Positions 17,985-42,297 of a DNA stretch of 64,000 nt are shown piece by piece. The position numbers and the translations under genes are program-made. The stretch covers positions 1,612,001-1,676,000 of the forward strand of contig OZ218955.1 in the NCBI GenBank assembly GCA_965112735.1, in the 5' to 3' direction. How positions within the stretch are numbered: position 1 is the stretch's first letter; every line of letters begins with the position of its first letter. The stretch comes from Phaeosaccion multiseriatum (taxonomy: Eukaryota > Protista > Ochrophyta, other classes). The notes under the pieces are model-generated. The model ran no database searches. It was not told the DNA's origin and saw only the letters and a program-made list of their open reading frames with translations.

Positions 17985-19848
17985 CTGCTGTAGACCAAGC
18001 TCCTCCTCCAATTCTCGCTCCCGCAGCTGCCGTTCCGTCAAGCGTGCCCCCCGGCCTCCCTCCCTCTCCTCTTCCGCCTCTCTCGGGCTCGAACCTGCCG
18101 CCAATCCCGGTCTTAGCCTCTGCTCGCCACCGCTGCTGCTGCCAGAGCGCCTCCTCGGTCTCCCCACCGACGCTCCACCTGCACCCCCACCTGCACCTCC
18201 ACCTCCACTTCCTACTTCCACGGAGAAAGGAAGCGGACACTGATCCTCGCACTCGGAGTGAGACTGCTGCTGCTGCTGCTGTATGACCAACTGCTGCTGC
18301 GGCTGCGGCTGCGGCGGCTGCTGCGGCTGCTGCTGCTGGCTCCTCGAGTCGAAATGATGCAGAGGTGGTGAGAGCTTCTTCCTCCTCCGCCGAGCGTTCG
18401 GGGAAGCTCCCACCGTGCCACCTCCACTGGCATTCAAACTGGCACTCAAACTGCCGGACAAGCTCTCTCCCACGTCTACCGGAGACGCACGCAGCTGCTG
18501 CTCTCTACTTGCCTTCCTCTCCTTGCTGCTTCTCCTCTCTCTTCCCCCCCCCTTGCTCTCTCTCTCCCGCCCCCCCTTGCTCCTCCTCCTCACTCGAGGG
18601 GCGTGGCCATTGTCCTTGTCGTCCTCCCTCTCCCTCTCCTCGGCAGCAGCAACACCAACAACAGCTTCATTCCCGTCATCTCTGCTGTCCCTGCTCCCCC
18701 TCCTACCCCGACTGTCCCGACTACTTCGGCCTCCCTGCCCCTGCCCGTGCCCCTCATCTCGCCTAGCCAGCACTCCTCCTCCTCCTCCTCCGCCTCCTCC
18801 TCCTCCTCCTCCTTCTCCTCCTCCTCCTCCGACGACGACGATAGGGCCAGTGCCACCGTCGCTGCGACTTCTCCGATGTTGGGCTCTCCCTTGCTGACTC
18901 GGGCGTGAGGAAGACTCATGCGCCCATACTCCCGAAGGAGACAACCCCCCCTCAACTCCTTCTCCTCCTCCTCCTCCCCCGCCAAGCTGTGGGACTCCGA
19001 ATCGAGATGATGATGTCGCACTCCTCGCAAAGGGATTCCTCGGTTCTCGTTCCTTGTCGGGCATACCCCACGACCCGGAAGAGTTCGCCGCACCAACTCC
19101 CCCTCCTCCTCCTCCTCCTCCTCCTCCTCCTCCTCCTGCTGCTCCTGCTGCTGCTGCTGCTACTACTCCTCCACTTGCGGCAGCGGCATCTTGTCTCGCT
19201 GCCTTCCTGGCGAAAGGATTGGTAGGTGGAGAGAGAGCAACACCCCCCCCTCCCGCCCTCGCAGCCGCTGCTTTCCTCGCAAACGGATTGGGCGGAGAGA
19301 AGGCACTATTGCTGCCCCCTCCCTGCTGCCCCCCCCCCCCTATGAGGCTGCCTCTGCCTCCGCTCGGTGGGAGAATTACCCCTGATCCTGAGCTTCGTTC
19401 GCCGCCGCCGCCGCCGCTGCTGCTGCTGCTGCTGCATGCACCCGCCCCCCACTTGATGCTTCTTTTGGTAGCAAAGGGGTTGGTTGTCAAGTCCTCATTC
19501 CCGCCCCTACCGAATCCGCTGCCGCTCAGTCCACCCGCACTATTGCTACCAACGCCCCCAACACCACCACCAACACCACCACCACCATCACCCTCCTCCT
19601 CAGCGTCTGTGACGTCAACAAAGTCACTGCTCGCCGCTGAGGACATGGGAGAGAGCTCTCCTCCCCCAAGCCCCAAGCCGTGCAGGGCCTCAGGAGAGGA
19701 GGACGGGGCGTCGATGGCCATCGAGAGGTGGGGAGTACAGGTAGCGCTGCTGCGGCCACTCTTGTTGGACGAGAAGAAGCAAGTTGACTCCAGGGAGCTC
19801 AGGCTCGGACTTTGGTGAGGCTGCTTCTGCTGCTGCTTCTGCTGCTGC

Positions 19849-19936
<88 letters not shown>

Positions 19937-22900
19937 CTTGCTGTTGCTGTTGCTGTTGCTGTTGTGGGGAGGGTAGTTGCAGCATCGGGCTGCTCTTGTC
20001 TTTCTTCTTCTTCCACAATGAAAATTGATGAGTGCCTCCTCCTCCAGCCCCTCCTCTCCCTCCTCCTCGTCCTCCCCACACCCCTCCTCCTCCACCACCA
20101 CCACCACCACCACCGCCGCCGCCCCCTTCTCCTCCCTTGCCCCCCCCAAAACTGCCACTGCTGCCTTCGGGACTCCCCCTCAACGCCCCCGAGAGCAAGC
20201 CGCGTAGGATGGAGTCATTCTTTTTGGCAGCAATCGGATCCTTCACAATCAATCCTCTCTCTTCGAGTGCTGCACCCCCCTCACCGTGGAGAGGAAACTC
20301 CCTCGTTCGCCCTCCTCCTCCCCCTCCTCCTCCTCCTCCTTTGCCGCCCCTCTTTACGCTTCGCTGTCCAAGCTTGGGCGTACCTGCCTCGGGAAGACTG
20401 CTGATGCTGATTCTCGTTCGGTGACCCCGCCCCCCCAGTCCCGGTGCGTGTGAAGGAGCCTCCCCTCCTTCCCCTCCTTCCCCTCCGCCTCCTCCTTCCT
20501 CTCCGCCTCCGCCTCCTCCTCCTCCTCCTCCTCCTCCTCCTCCTCCCCAGCCTCTCTTGTTGTAGAAGCTCGATGATCCAGCCAAATCTCGGTCAACGTT
20601 GCGCTCACGGAACCCTGATTCCACCTGTCAGAACCCCCAAGACGCAGACGCAGAAGCAAAATCAGAAAAGAAGCTCCCATGAAACGTTCTCCAAGCCATC
20701 TTCTGCCATCCATTTACCGCCACCCCCACCACCGCTCCCTTCACACGTACCTTCCCACCCATCGTCAGCGTGTCTCTCTGCCTCCGGGTATACCTCTCCT
20801 GTTCCCCTGCCAGACCGCTCACCATCTGGGAGTCAACGGCAACCCTTGCTCCGCCCCTTGCATCCACTTCTCCTCCTTCATCTCTCCCCCCTCCCCTCCC
20901 CCCCCCCTCCTCCTCCTCCTCCTCCGCCTCCTCCCTCCCTCGCTTCGCCGTCCGCGTGCTCATCGTCGCTGGATGTGGGTACATCCGAATCCGACAAGAG
21001 CTCCTCGATGCCTGTGTCCTCTCCAGCGAGCCCACTACTTGCCCACCTACTTGCTGCCGTCCCTTCCCCTCCTCCTCCTCCTCCTCCTCCTCCTCCTCCT
21101 CCTCCTCCTCCTCCCCCTCCTCCCCGTCTAACCCCTCCTTCTCGCCCGACTCCTCGTGGAGAGGAGCAAGATAGGTTTCCGAGTTGCTGTCTCCCCTGTG
21201 TGCCCCCCCCCCCTACTCCTCCTCCTCCTCCTCTCTCCCCCTCTCCACCTCCACCACCTCTTTCCCCTCCTCCTCCCCCTCCTCCAAAGAGGTCACCTAT
21301 GCCACTGAAGTCACCACTCGGTCTCCTTCCTCCTCCTCCCCACCCGAAAGACTTGTTTGCTCTCAAGCCCCCGCCCCCGGAAACACCCCCCATTCTCCCG
21401 CCAAAGTGGTGCTTATTCACAACTGGCGTCTCTGCTGTCTTCGTATCACCAACGTCTAGCGCTGGGCTGGGTGAGGACAGCATCGCTAGAGGAGACGCCA
21501 TGCTTCCCCCTCTTCCTCCCCGTTTCACTCCGATGGGTGTGACTCCGTCTCCTCCTCCTCCTCCTCCTCCTCCTCCTCCTCCTCCTCCTCCTCCTCCTCC
21601 TCCTCCTCCTCCTGTTGCTCCTGCCGCCCCCCCTGCACCATCGCCTCCTCCCCCCCCGCCGGTCTGTGTCTTGGAGGAAATGCTACTTTCAGCACTAAAG
21701 ACCCGCCTGCGCTGCAAGGAAGAAGATGAAGTGGTCAGCGGCATACCACCACCTCCTCCTCCTCCTCCTCCTCCTCCTCCTCCTCGTGCACTCGACCCTT
21801 GCTGGGATCTATAGACATTCGCCTGCTGCTGAGGCGACTGCTGTTGTATCGCCAAGTGGTGGTACCGGCTCTGGGGGTGCTGGTAGCGCTGCGGGTGCCT
21901 CCTTTGAAACTGTACAGGCCTGTCCTCCAAGACTCCGCTTCCGCCCCCACCCACCATGCCGGCCGGACCACTGCTACCATAGTAATATCCACCCACACCG
22001 GGCGGAGGAGTTATCTCCCCCTGCAAGGTCACCCGGTGGCTCCTATTGCTACCGCTGCTGTTGCTACTGCCGCTATTACTGGCTGCGGTGGCTGCGTTGC
22101 CTGATAAACCTGTGTGGCCTGTTGCTGTGCTGCCTCCGCTGTAATCCCACTGCTCCTGTGCTGCTGCTGCGGCTTGTGCCGTTGCTGCGTGTTGCGCTGC
22201 GGCAAACTGAAACTGCAACTGCATCTCTTGAGGGCCCATGCAGGCCGCCAAGTCACCGTGGGAGTCCTTCTCGTCGATCACGTGCACCACTTCCTGCTGA
22301 CTATCCCTGCTATCTCTACTGTCCCTACTGTCCCTGCTATGGCGGCTGTCTCGACTGTCTCGACTGTCCCTGAGTCCTCCTCGCTCCCTCCCCCCCCCTC
22401 CTCCTACTACTACTCCTGCTCCTCCTCCTCCTCCTCCTCCTCCTCCTCCTCCTCCTCCTCCTCCTCCTCCTTCTTCTTCTTCTTCTTCTTCTTCTTCTTC
22501 TCCTCCTCCTCCTCCTCCTCCTCCTCCTCCTCCTCTTGGAGTACCGGTTTCGAGCACTACGTCAAGAAATTCCTCCTCTCCCTCCCTCCCACCACTCCCC
22601 GAGGGGACACTCTCCCGGGGAGCAGACTCGTTTGCATTCCTCCCCCCCGTCGGGCTCCTCCTTCCTTCCGAGCGCTGCTGCTGTATCTGTTCCTGTGCCT
22701 CGCCCAAATCAGCCGCTCCCTCTCTGAGCACTGCATCGCTACTAAAGCTTCCTCGACCTCCTCCTCCTCCGGCTGCTGCTGCTGCTGCAGCTCCTCCTCC
22801 TCCTGCCCCTCCACCACCACCACCACCTCCCCCTCCCAGTGGGCCAATCTTCCCAAGGCTCATGGCTCTCACAGTCGAGGGCGGTGCTGCTGGTGAATAA

Positions 22901-23941
22901 GGCCCTCCTATGGGAGAAGACCACCCACCCCCGCCTCCAGCCCCGGGCCCAGTAGCACCGAAAACAAGTGCATCCGTCCCTGTCAGAGACCTTGACCTCA
23001 ACCGTAGGGTATTCGAACTCGCGAGGGCAAAAGCGTCGTCAAGTGTGGCGGACATTGCCGCCGCTGTATCACCAACTGCTAAAGCTGCTGCTGAAGTTGA
23101 GGTTGACCCCCCTCCCACTGGGAGGACTCCTCCTTGTGCTCTATTGGGACTACTGCTGCTGCTGCTCCTGCTGCTGCTGCTGCTAGTAGTGCTGCTCTTA
23201 CTCTCGGGCTGATTGTGTCGCACGTGCCCGTGAAGACGACGACGGAAGCTTGAGCTGCTGGGCAGGTTCACTGTTGCGGAAATTGCAGTCCGCACCGCCG
23301 TGGCCGGCAGAGGCTTGATGGAGTGAAGACGACGAGAGGAGGAGGACGAGGAGGAGGAGGAGGAGGAGGTATGGCTTCCTTCCCCCCCCCCTCCCCCCCA
23401 CTGCTGCTGCTGTTGGTGGTGTCCGTGACTGCTGCTGCTGGTTGGAGGGGGTGGTGTGAGCGGTGATGCCGTCGGTCCAGGGGCAAGGGAGGGAGAAGGA
23501 GAAATAGAAGAACCAGAACCAGAACCAGAACCAGAACTAGAGGACGAAACAGAAGATGAAGAAGAAGAGGCAGACGCTGAAGCAGAAGCAGACGCCGCCG
23601 AAGCCGAGGCCGCCACCGCAGGAGCCACAGGGGCTACAGAGCTGTCGGCTGCAGCAGCAGCGGTAGCGCCGACGAGTTCGTTCATCTCCACGACCAAGTC
23701 GCGGGAGGTGGTGAGTGAAGTAGTGGCGCTGGCCTCTAGAGTCTTGCCGTCACTCTCGGCCGTCGTCGTTGCTGATCGGAGGGCACTTGCTCCTGCAGTA
23801 TCACCAACTGCTGGTGCTATGGCTGCTGCTGATGCCGTTGGCGAAGAGGACATGATAGTAGAAGCCGAGGATGATGATGGTGATGATGATAAAGATGATG
23901 ATGATGGCAATGCTGAGGAAGATGATGGTAGCGCTGAGGAA

Positions 23942-24002
<61 letters not shown>

Positions 24003-25123
24003 CTGTAGCAGCGGGGTGGGTATCGGTGCTGCTCCTGCCGCTCGGATGGCAGCTTGTGACTGGCCCCACACCAGCATTGGGGGCTGGAATGAGAGGAGGT
24101 GGAGTCACAGACCCGACGGTGGTGATGCAGGGGTTGGTGATACACGGTGGACTGCACGACATAATTCCTTTGCTGTTGTCGCCCTCGCCCCCCGTGCCAG
24201 CAGTGGTTATTCCTCTCAGTCCAGCCTCGTCCTTGTCCTTATCCTTCGGAGGTGGGGAGGAGGTACCGTCGCTAGCTGTGCGGAGGGAAATACGTGGCAA
24301 TTGGCTCGGCTCCTGCTGGTCCTGTGTGCGCGGAACGAGGTAGTGTGTGGTGAGTGAGTGGGTGAGTGAGTGGGTGGGTGAGTGAGTGAGTGGGTGAGTG
24401 AGTGAGTGGGTGAGTGAGTGAGTGATGAGCAAGCAGTAAGCAGTAAAGAAGTGAGCCATGGTGTCGTTAGTGAGTAGAAGGGCCGTGTGGTGTGTGTGGA
24501 CCGGGGGAGCGGTGAGAAGGAAGCGAAAAGGAGACAAGAGAGGGGAGAGGGAGTGAGCGAACGACTTGAGATGTGTCGCGTGGTGAGTGTGAAGGAATTC
24601 TTTCTGTGGTGAGGGTAAATGGATTCATTCTGTGGTGAGTGTGAATGTATTGGGTGGGGGGTCGGGATGGGATAGGGTCAAAGTATTTCTCTTCGAAGCG
24701 CTCACTTCCACCCCCCCCCCCGCCCCCAAAAAAAACTGCCCTCTACCCTCTGCTGCCCACCCTCACCCTTCATCCTTCACTCACCTCCAGTTTTAAGCCC
24801 CTCGGCCCTCCTACCCCCCCCCCCCCTCCTCCTCCTCCTCCTCCTCCTCCTCCACCACCACCACCACCACCACTCCCCCCTGTCACGACCAGCGACTGAA
24901 GCGACTGGAGCGATTGAAGAGACTGAAGCTCACAGACAGAGGGTGGCCCCGTAGCCGACAGCGTCGGAGAAGAGGAAGAAGAAGGTACTGCAGAGGGCAT
25001 CACGGGAGGCGCGGTGGTGCTGATGGGGGCCACCACCTTGCTGCTATTGCTGTTGCTGCTGGTGCTGCTGGTGCTGCTGCTGCTGCTGCTATTGTTGTTG
25101 CTGCTGCTGCTTTCTCCCCTCAT
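14865..25123 (-). CDS. STE11/MEKK-type MAP kinase kinase kinase with very long low-complexity N-terminus
   Basis: Kinase exons 17396-16767 (WIRGEIIGEGSFGKVY..FAVKQ), 16467-16098 (HCDIKGAN, DFGCSK) and 15721-14865 (GSVPWMAPE, ADIWSVG). Upstream in-phase exons are 20624-17691, 24321-20751 (needs one frameshift near 20890) and 25123-24785. An alternative ATG lies at 25321. The kinase part is secure; joining of the upstream exons is inferred from splice phase. Confidence 0.8.
19848..19963 (-). repeat. (CAA)n/(CAG)n coding poly-Gln tract in MAP3K
   Basis: (TTG)n on + strand; translates to a long Q run. Confidence 0.9.
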
Positions 25124-26786
25124 GATGAGTAGTAAGTCCGCCGACCCCTCTCTCTCTCTCTCTCTCTCTACTGGTTCGGGTTGCAAAAGGGAGAGAAGTG
25201 GGTTTGAATAATGCGAAGGTGACACAACGGCTGCGAGCGAGAAGGCTCTCTCTCTCCGCCCCTTTCCCTCCAGACCCCGACGCCTAAAGCTCAGCAAGAC
25301 TTCGACTGCATACGGCGGCATATATGGTGTGGATTGACGCCTCCTTTAACGCCTCCTTTCCCTCCCCTCCAACGCGAGTTGTGCTCTGCTTCTCTTTTGG
25401 TCCTTGCTGCTCACATCAATTGCTTCTTGTGTCGCGTCGTTCTGGCGTCAGAGCTTACCTCGTCTCTCTGCCTCTCCACAACAGACTTGCCGTAAGGCGT
25501 AACAAGAACATCGCTTTCCATCTTCACTCACCTTTAGTAGGGTATCTTCATCAACCCTGTGCCCCCAGCCTTGTGCCCCCAGCTACTGTTTGCACTGGCC
25601 GCCGCTACTATCGTTAGACCTCTCTCCTGCCCCTCAGTGCTGGGGAAACTCCCCCTCCTCCTCCCCTCGCGATGGACTGCTCTCGCGCGGGCGACATAGG
25701 ACACGTGAGGACGGGGTGGAAGGAGGTGCGTCCATGAAGGGGGATGGAGTGAGCATTGGGGGGAGCAAAAAGGAGGGAAGAAAGGGAGGCCCTGCGAAGG
25801 TGGGTGAAGCCCACCCCGTGAGTAATCGAAAGCCCAGAAGGAAGCACCTACTTGCTTGTTTCAGAGGGAGTATAAGGAGTAGGAGGGCCAGGTCACAGGC
25901 CAGAGTATGCCCACCGCAAGTGAGAGAATGAGGGCTGGCTCGATGAAGGCATCCACACTTACCGCTCCTCGACGAACGTTTTTTCTATCCCATTGCTACT
26001 CCAGACTGTCTCCCACTGCTGCAACTCCTTCCACTGGAGTGTACGATCCAGGGCTCCAGTGCCTCTCTCCTGTGGTCGCCCTCCTGCTAAGCAAGTTGTG
26101 CGCCGGCCCGGTGCAGGAGGGTTAACGGGCAGAGGTCGTAGGTGAACCAATTGAGGAAGGCCCCGCTTGAGGGGAAGCGGCAGGATTGGGACAGAAAAGT
26201 CCTCAGTACTGCTTGATTCTCTTGTTGGGAGCTACGGGTGGGTCCTGCTGTCTCTGGACCCTTCTTTGTTCTATAATTAATTATTTCTCCCTCTCCCCAA
26301 CTCGTATCTTTGGAATAGAAATTTCATGGCCCCCAACGGCTTATCCCTTTCCCCCTCCCCTTCCCCAAGGCTTTTTACAGACGCTTGCTTGAGATGCGAT
26401 AATGTATTGCTCAAAGGTAAGCACTCTCACTATCTCGCAGCCTGGGGAGTGGGTGGAAGGGGGGGGGGGGGGTGGGCTGCTGTCCGTTGCTCGACAGTGC
26501 TACCCACTATTCGTCAGCTGCCATCCAAACCTCGAAGGGGTAAGCCAGAGCTCCTGTCCTCCCTCCCTCCCTCCCTCCCTCCCTCTACTTCTTCTTCTTC
26601 TTCTTCTTGTCGCCGCTAGTCCCTCCCTCTACTTCTTCTTCTTCTTCTTCTTGTCGCCGCTAGTTTACTTCTTCTTCTTCTTGTCGCCGCTAGTCCTTTT
26701 ACTTCTTCTTCTTCTTCTTCTTGTCGCCGCTAGTCCCTCCCTCTACTTCTTCTTCTTCTTCTTCTTGTCGCCGCTAGTCCCTCCCT

Positions 26787-31603
<4,817 letters not shown>

Positions 31604-31936
31604 CTCTCTCTGTGTACTTTCTCACCTTACACCCTAGAGGGGAAGAAGGAAGAATAAACAGAAGATAAAATCGATCTAAACCGTAACGCTTTTCGATATC
31701 GATAAACGCATGAATTGCGTTTCAATTAGATGGCCAGTCTTGGATGGTCCGAGACCGGCGCGGAGCTTCACTCCCGCTCTTCACTCCGCCTCTCACCTCA
31801 TAGCAGCTTGGAAGGGCCTTCTCGCGTAGAGGAAGGAGAAGGAGAAGGAGAAGGAGAAGGAGAGGGAGAGGGAGAGGGACAAGGAGAGGGACAAGGAGCA
31901 GAAGAAGAAGGAGGAGAGAAGAGGAGGCGGAGCCAC
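31604..31936. promoter_or_regulatory. Putative bidirectional promoter (hypothetical gene / EIF6)
   Basis: 333 bp between divergent ATGs; AT-rich core with ATCGAT and TCGATATCGA palindromes. Confidence 0.6.
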
Positions 31937-32869
31937 ATGGCGACTCGAGCGAGCTTCGAGAACTCCAATGAGATTGGAGTCTTCTCCAAGCTCACCAATA
32001 GCTACGCCTTGGTGTCCATTGGCGGGTCCGAGAACTTCTATAGTGTGTTTGAGTCGGAGCTAGCGGACCATATCCCGGTGGTGCACACGTCCATTGCCGG
32101 CTGCCGCTTCGTGGGGCGAGTGACCGTGGGCAACAAGCGGGGCCTTCTGGTGCCCTCCACTACCACCGACCAAGAGCTGCAGCACCTCCGGAACGCTCTG
32201 CCCGACGGCGTAGTCATCCAGAGGCTAGAGGAGCGGCTTAGCGCGCTGGGCAACTGCATTGTCACCAATGACCACGTCGCTCTGGTGCACACGGACCTCG
32301 ATCGGGAGACGGAGGATATGGTGGCAGATGTGTTGGGGGTGGAGGTGTTCAGACAGACCATTGCAGGCAACGCCCTGGTCGGGAGCTACGCCGTCATGAC
32401 AAATCAGGTGAGAGAGAGAGAGGGGGAGTCGTGATGGAATGGGCACTGTACTGTACGCTGCTGCGAGGCTGCTGCCTCCGTGAATGGATGAGGAAGGGAA
32501 GACCATCCGTTCCCCTTTCTGCATGACTGCTCACATCGTTCTCATCTCTCATCATGTCATGTTCTACCCCTCCCTCCCTCTTCTTTCTCTATGCACATTG
32601 GTGAATGGGTGACAGGGCGGCATGGTGCACCCTCGCACCAGCGTGGAGGACATTGAGGAGCTCTCTTCCCTAATGCAGATCCCTATCGTAGCCGGCACCG
32701 TCAACAGAGGAAGCGACGTGCTCGGGGCGGGCATGGTGGCCAATGACTGGACCGCTTTCTGCGGCCTCGATACCACATCAACAGAGGTGAGTGAATGAGC
32801 CAGTGGGCTTGGGGGGCTGGTTGGGGGGTAGGGAGGGGGTGGATGAGGTGGGGGATACCACTGCTTCTT

Positions 32870-32902
<33 letters not shown>

Positions 32903-33289
32903 CTTCTTCTTCTTCTTCTTCTTCTTCTCCTTCTCTCTTTCTTACTTTCTCCATTCCTTCCTCCAGACCCACTTTTTCATGTTGCTTCCTTTCACGAGTT
33001 TCGATGACAACTGCATTGGCTGAGGTTGACTTCCACTTCTTCCTCCTCCTCCTCCTCCTCCGCAATAGAGTGAAAGAGGGCCGACTTTCTGCTGCGCTTG
33101 GCCCTCGTCATCTCTCTCTTGTTCCGCTTGGGCAGCCCCATTAACACCTCCCCTCTCTTGTAACGTCCTTTTGCCCACGCCCCCTGCCTGCAGATTAGCG
33201 TAGTGGAGAGTATTTTCAAGCTGCAAGAGGGAGGCCCCAGCAACATTGTCAACAGCATGCGCAGCTCCCTCATCGACTCCCTCACATAA
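31937..33289 (+). CDS. EIF6: Eukaryotic translation initiation factor 6
   Basis: Exons 31937-32407, 32616-32786, 33194-33289. [68 protein letters not shown] is the highly conserved eIF6 sequence. Confidence 0.97.
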
Positions 33290-35298
33290 GTGGTGCGGTG
33301 CGGTGAGGGGTTGGGGTGGGGGTGTTAGGGGCAGGCGGCAGGCGGTCGCCAGGCAGACAGGCAGGCAGGCAGGTTGGCAAAGGCCTCGACGACAAGCAGC
33401 GGTGTGCATACAAATGGAGAGAGCGACGGATAAGGAGAGAGGGGAAGAGTGTGTGCTGGCGCTGGCTGCTGGAGCCAAGGCACAGCCTGGAGGCGTATGG
33501 GCCTAAAGGGGCTATGGGGGCAGGGGCCAAGGCCTCCAATGGATGGTGGGGAGGGCAAGCCGGCGTACACTGTAGAGACCCCTACCTCTGACATTGGGTC
33601 GGCGGCTCTTCGGCACACCCTGGAGAGAGGGAGATGGAGGGCGGCAGGGAGCAGGAGCGTGGAGAGTGAAACATGCAGCTTTCTTTAGCCACGACGAGAC
33701 GGCCAAGAGCTCCCGCCCATGGCGCCTTGACTGGTTGACTGGCTGCGAAAAGAGCCTATCCGCTGAATCTGAAGGAGAAGGCAGAGACAGGCAGAGAGAG
33801 AGACAGATAGAGAAAAAGAGAGAGAGACAGGAGTACCGTATTCTTCAGAGGGACGATTAATACTGCGGGCGCAGTGTGCGGGCGCAGGGACGGGAAGAAC
33901 AGGGTGCCTTGCCATACTATGCTGGGAGGTATGATGAGCGCTTAGTGGAACCGCGTGACTGACGTGCAAGAGAAGCGGAAGATAGAGAGAGAGAGAGAGA
34001 GAGAGTGAGACGGGAGGAGACAGAGACAAGACACGAGAGGAATACGGGGATGCACGCAGGCGCGGACTTCGTGTTGCCGACGTGGCTTGATACTTTGCCC
34101 CCGCAATGAGCTGCGTCCCACCGGGCTGTATCACCAACTGCTGCTCCACACCCCTGGGTTTAGGGGGCTGCTGCTGATGAGCTGCCTGCTGCCGCGTATA
34201 GCAGTAGCAGGAGACCGCTCCCTGCCAAAGTGCCGGTCCACTGTGGATTGACTTTGGTTTGAAGTGGACTTGGTGACTCGGTGATGCATGCCCCTTTTAA
34301 TTTACACGTGTCAATCGGGTATATGCCAGAGGGGTCACACACACACACACACGCAATACAACGAACCTCTTCACTCAAGCCAACCTAGCTTCACCGATCG
34401 ATAGATGGCTTTGTAGGTACCGGTGCCCATCCTTCTCCGCCTCTGAATTGGTGGGTTTGGAATGGATCCATTCTTTCATCCCCTTCCTTGTACATGTATT
34501 TCTCCTGTGATGCTTCGTATATTGACAGTTATGTACTCTTTTCTTGCCCTGCTCTGAGCAGACAAGTCCTCCCCCATTCCCTCCTTTCCAAACGGCTCTT
34601 CCCCTCTGACCCCCCCCCCCCCCCCCCTCCTCCTCCTCCTCCTCCTCCTCCTCCTCCTACACCCTCTACAACTACAACAATCCCCTTCGCTTCCCCTACG
34701 TGCATACCTATTTGAGCCAATCCTCAATCCTGGCTCATGTGCTCCTCCCCATCTCTCCTCTACTCTACTTGCTTACTTACCACTTCTTGAGACCAACCAA
34801 CCAACCAACCAACCAATCAATCCAACCCCTTAAATGAAACGCTGGCCGCGTTGTTCTCGCTCAAACCCCCCATGCTCGCCCACTCATGCCCACTTCCACT
34901 TCCACGTAGCTTGTGTTCGCAGGAGAGAGGTCCAAAATGAAACGCTCGGCGATCGACCGGCCCACAGCCCCCCTCTTCCCTCTTTCCTCTTTCCAAAGGT
35001 GCCCATCCAGGCCCATCCATCCACCGATGAGCGCTGCGGAAATCTCCCCCTCCTTTCCAAAGGGCTTGGCCCATCCATCCACCGAACCATCATCACAACA
35101 CACAAGCACAAGCATAAACTCCGCTCGTCTCGGCAGGGAGCTCCTGCAGTCACGTGGTAGGAGTTGAGTGAGCGCTGCGTGCCACACTCGCAGCCCGATC
35201 CCGCTCCGCTCTCTCGCTCCTCACTCTCTCTCTCGCTCCCCTCTCTCTCACTCCTCTTTATCGCTCTCTGACCTTCTCCATCAGGACCGTCAGCATCG

Positions 35299-41640
<6,342 letters not shown>

Positions 41641-42297
41641 AAAACACAGAGAGAAAGAGCAGACAGCAACAACGAGCAAAGAAGTGCAAGCAGCGGGCAC
41701 CTGTTCGCCTCCACGCACCTGCTTGAGTTGCCTGCCGAGACGCTCACCCCAGCTGCCGCGCCCCCCCTCTCTCTTAGCCCACCTCCTTCCTCTCTCTCTC
41801 TCCCTCTATGCTGCTGCTGGTGGTGAAGGGCTTCGCGCCTGTTCTGCATCGATCCATGCAGTGCCATCCGTCCTTACCAACGCGCGCCGCCATTGCAAGC
41901 AGGACAATAGGGCCAGGCTCCAAGCAAGGCGACCCCTACAAGTGCAACCGTCGTGCGGGGGTTTCCGCCTCGGCACTCGGTCCTCCGAGAGAGAGAGAGA
42001 GAGAGAGAGAGCCGCGGGGTCATGGCTGCGATGGAGAGCGAATGGAGCGCGCTGCTGCTTCATCCTTCCAGCTCCATCCTTCCCAGTGAGTCCCTCGACA
42101 GACGTCTGCGTCTGTCGTGAAGGAAGCAATACCATCGGATGGATCTGATCGACCTGAGTCCGTCCGCCCCGTGCCGTGGAGTACCATCGGATCTGCCTCA
42201 TATAGATGCCTTTGCTCGATAAAAATAATAAAAAAAAATCCTCGGGGATCAATCAGCCGAAACTGAGGAGACGGAAGAGACATGCCCTTTTGCTCTC

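Noticed and set aside
20444-24343. Plus-strand ORFs of 200-450 aa
   Set aside because: Antisense shadows of GC-rich low-complexity MAP3K exons; no domain signal.
31730-31936. N-terminal extension of eIF6 from the upstream in-frame ATG
   Set aside because: The conserved eIF6 N-terminus begins at MATR (31937); the extension is a GA-repeat translation.
32960-33150. Possible intronic snoRNA in EIF6 intron 2 (CGATGA..CTGA; GAGGGCC..GGCCCTC hairpin)
   Set aside because: No canonical RTGATGA box C with terminal stem, and I could not match a guide to rRNA; would need an Infernal/snoscan search.
33290-35298. Additional gene between EIF6 and SEL1L
   Set aside because: Only short ORFs with no recognisable domain or consistent splice chain; treated as convergent 3' UTR/intergenic DNA.
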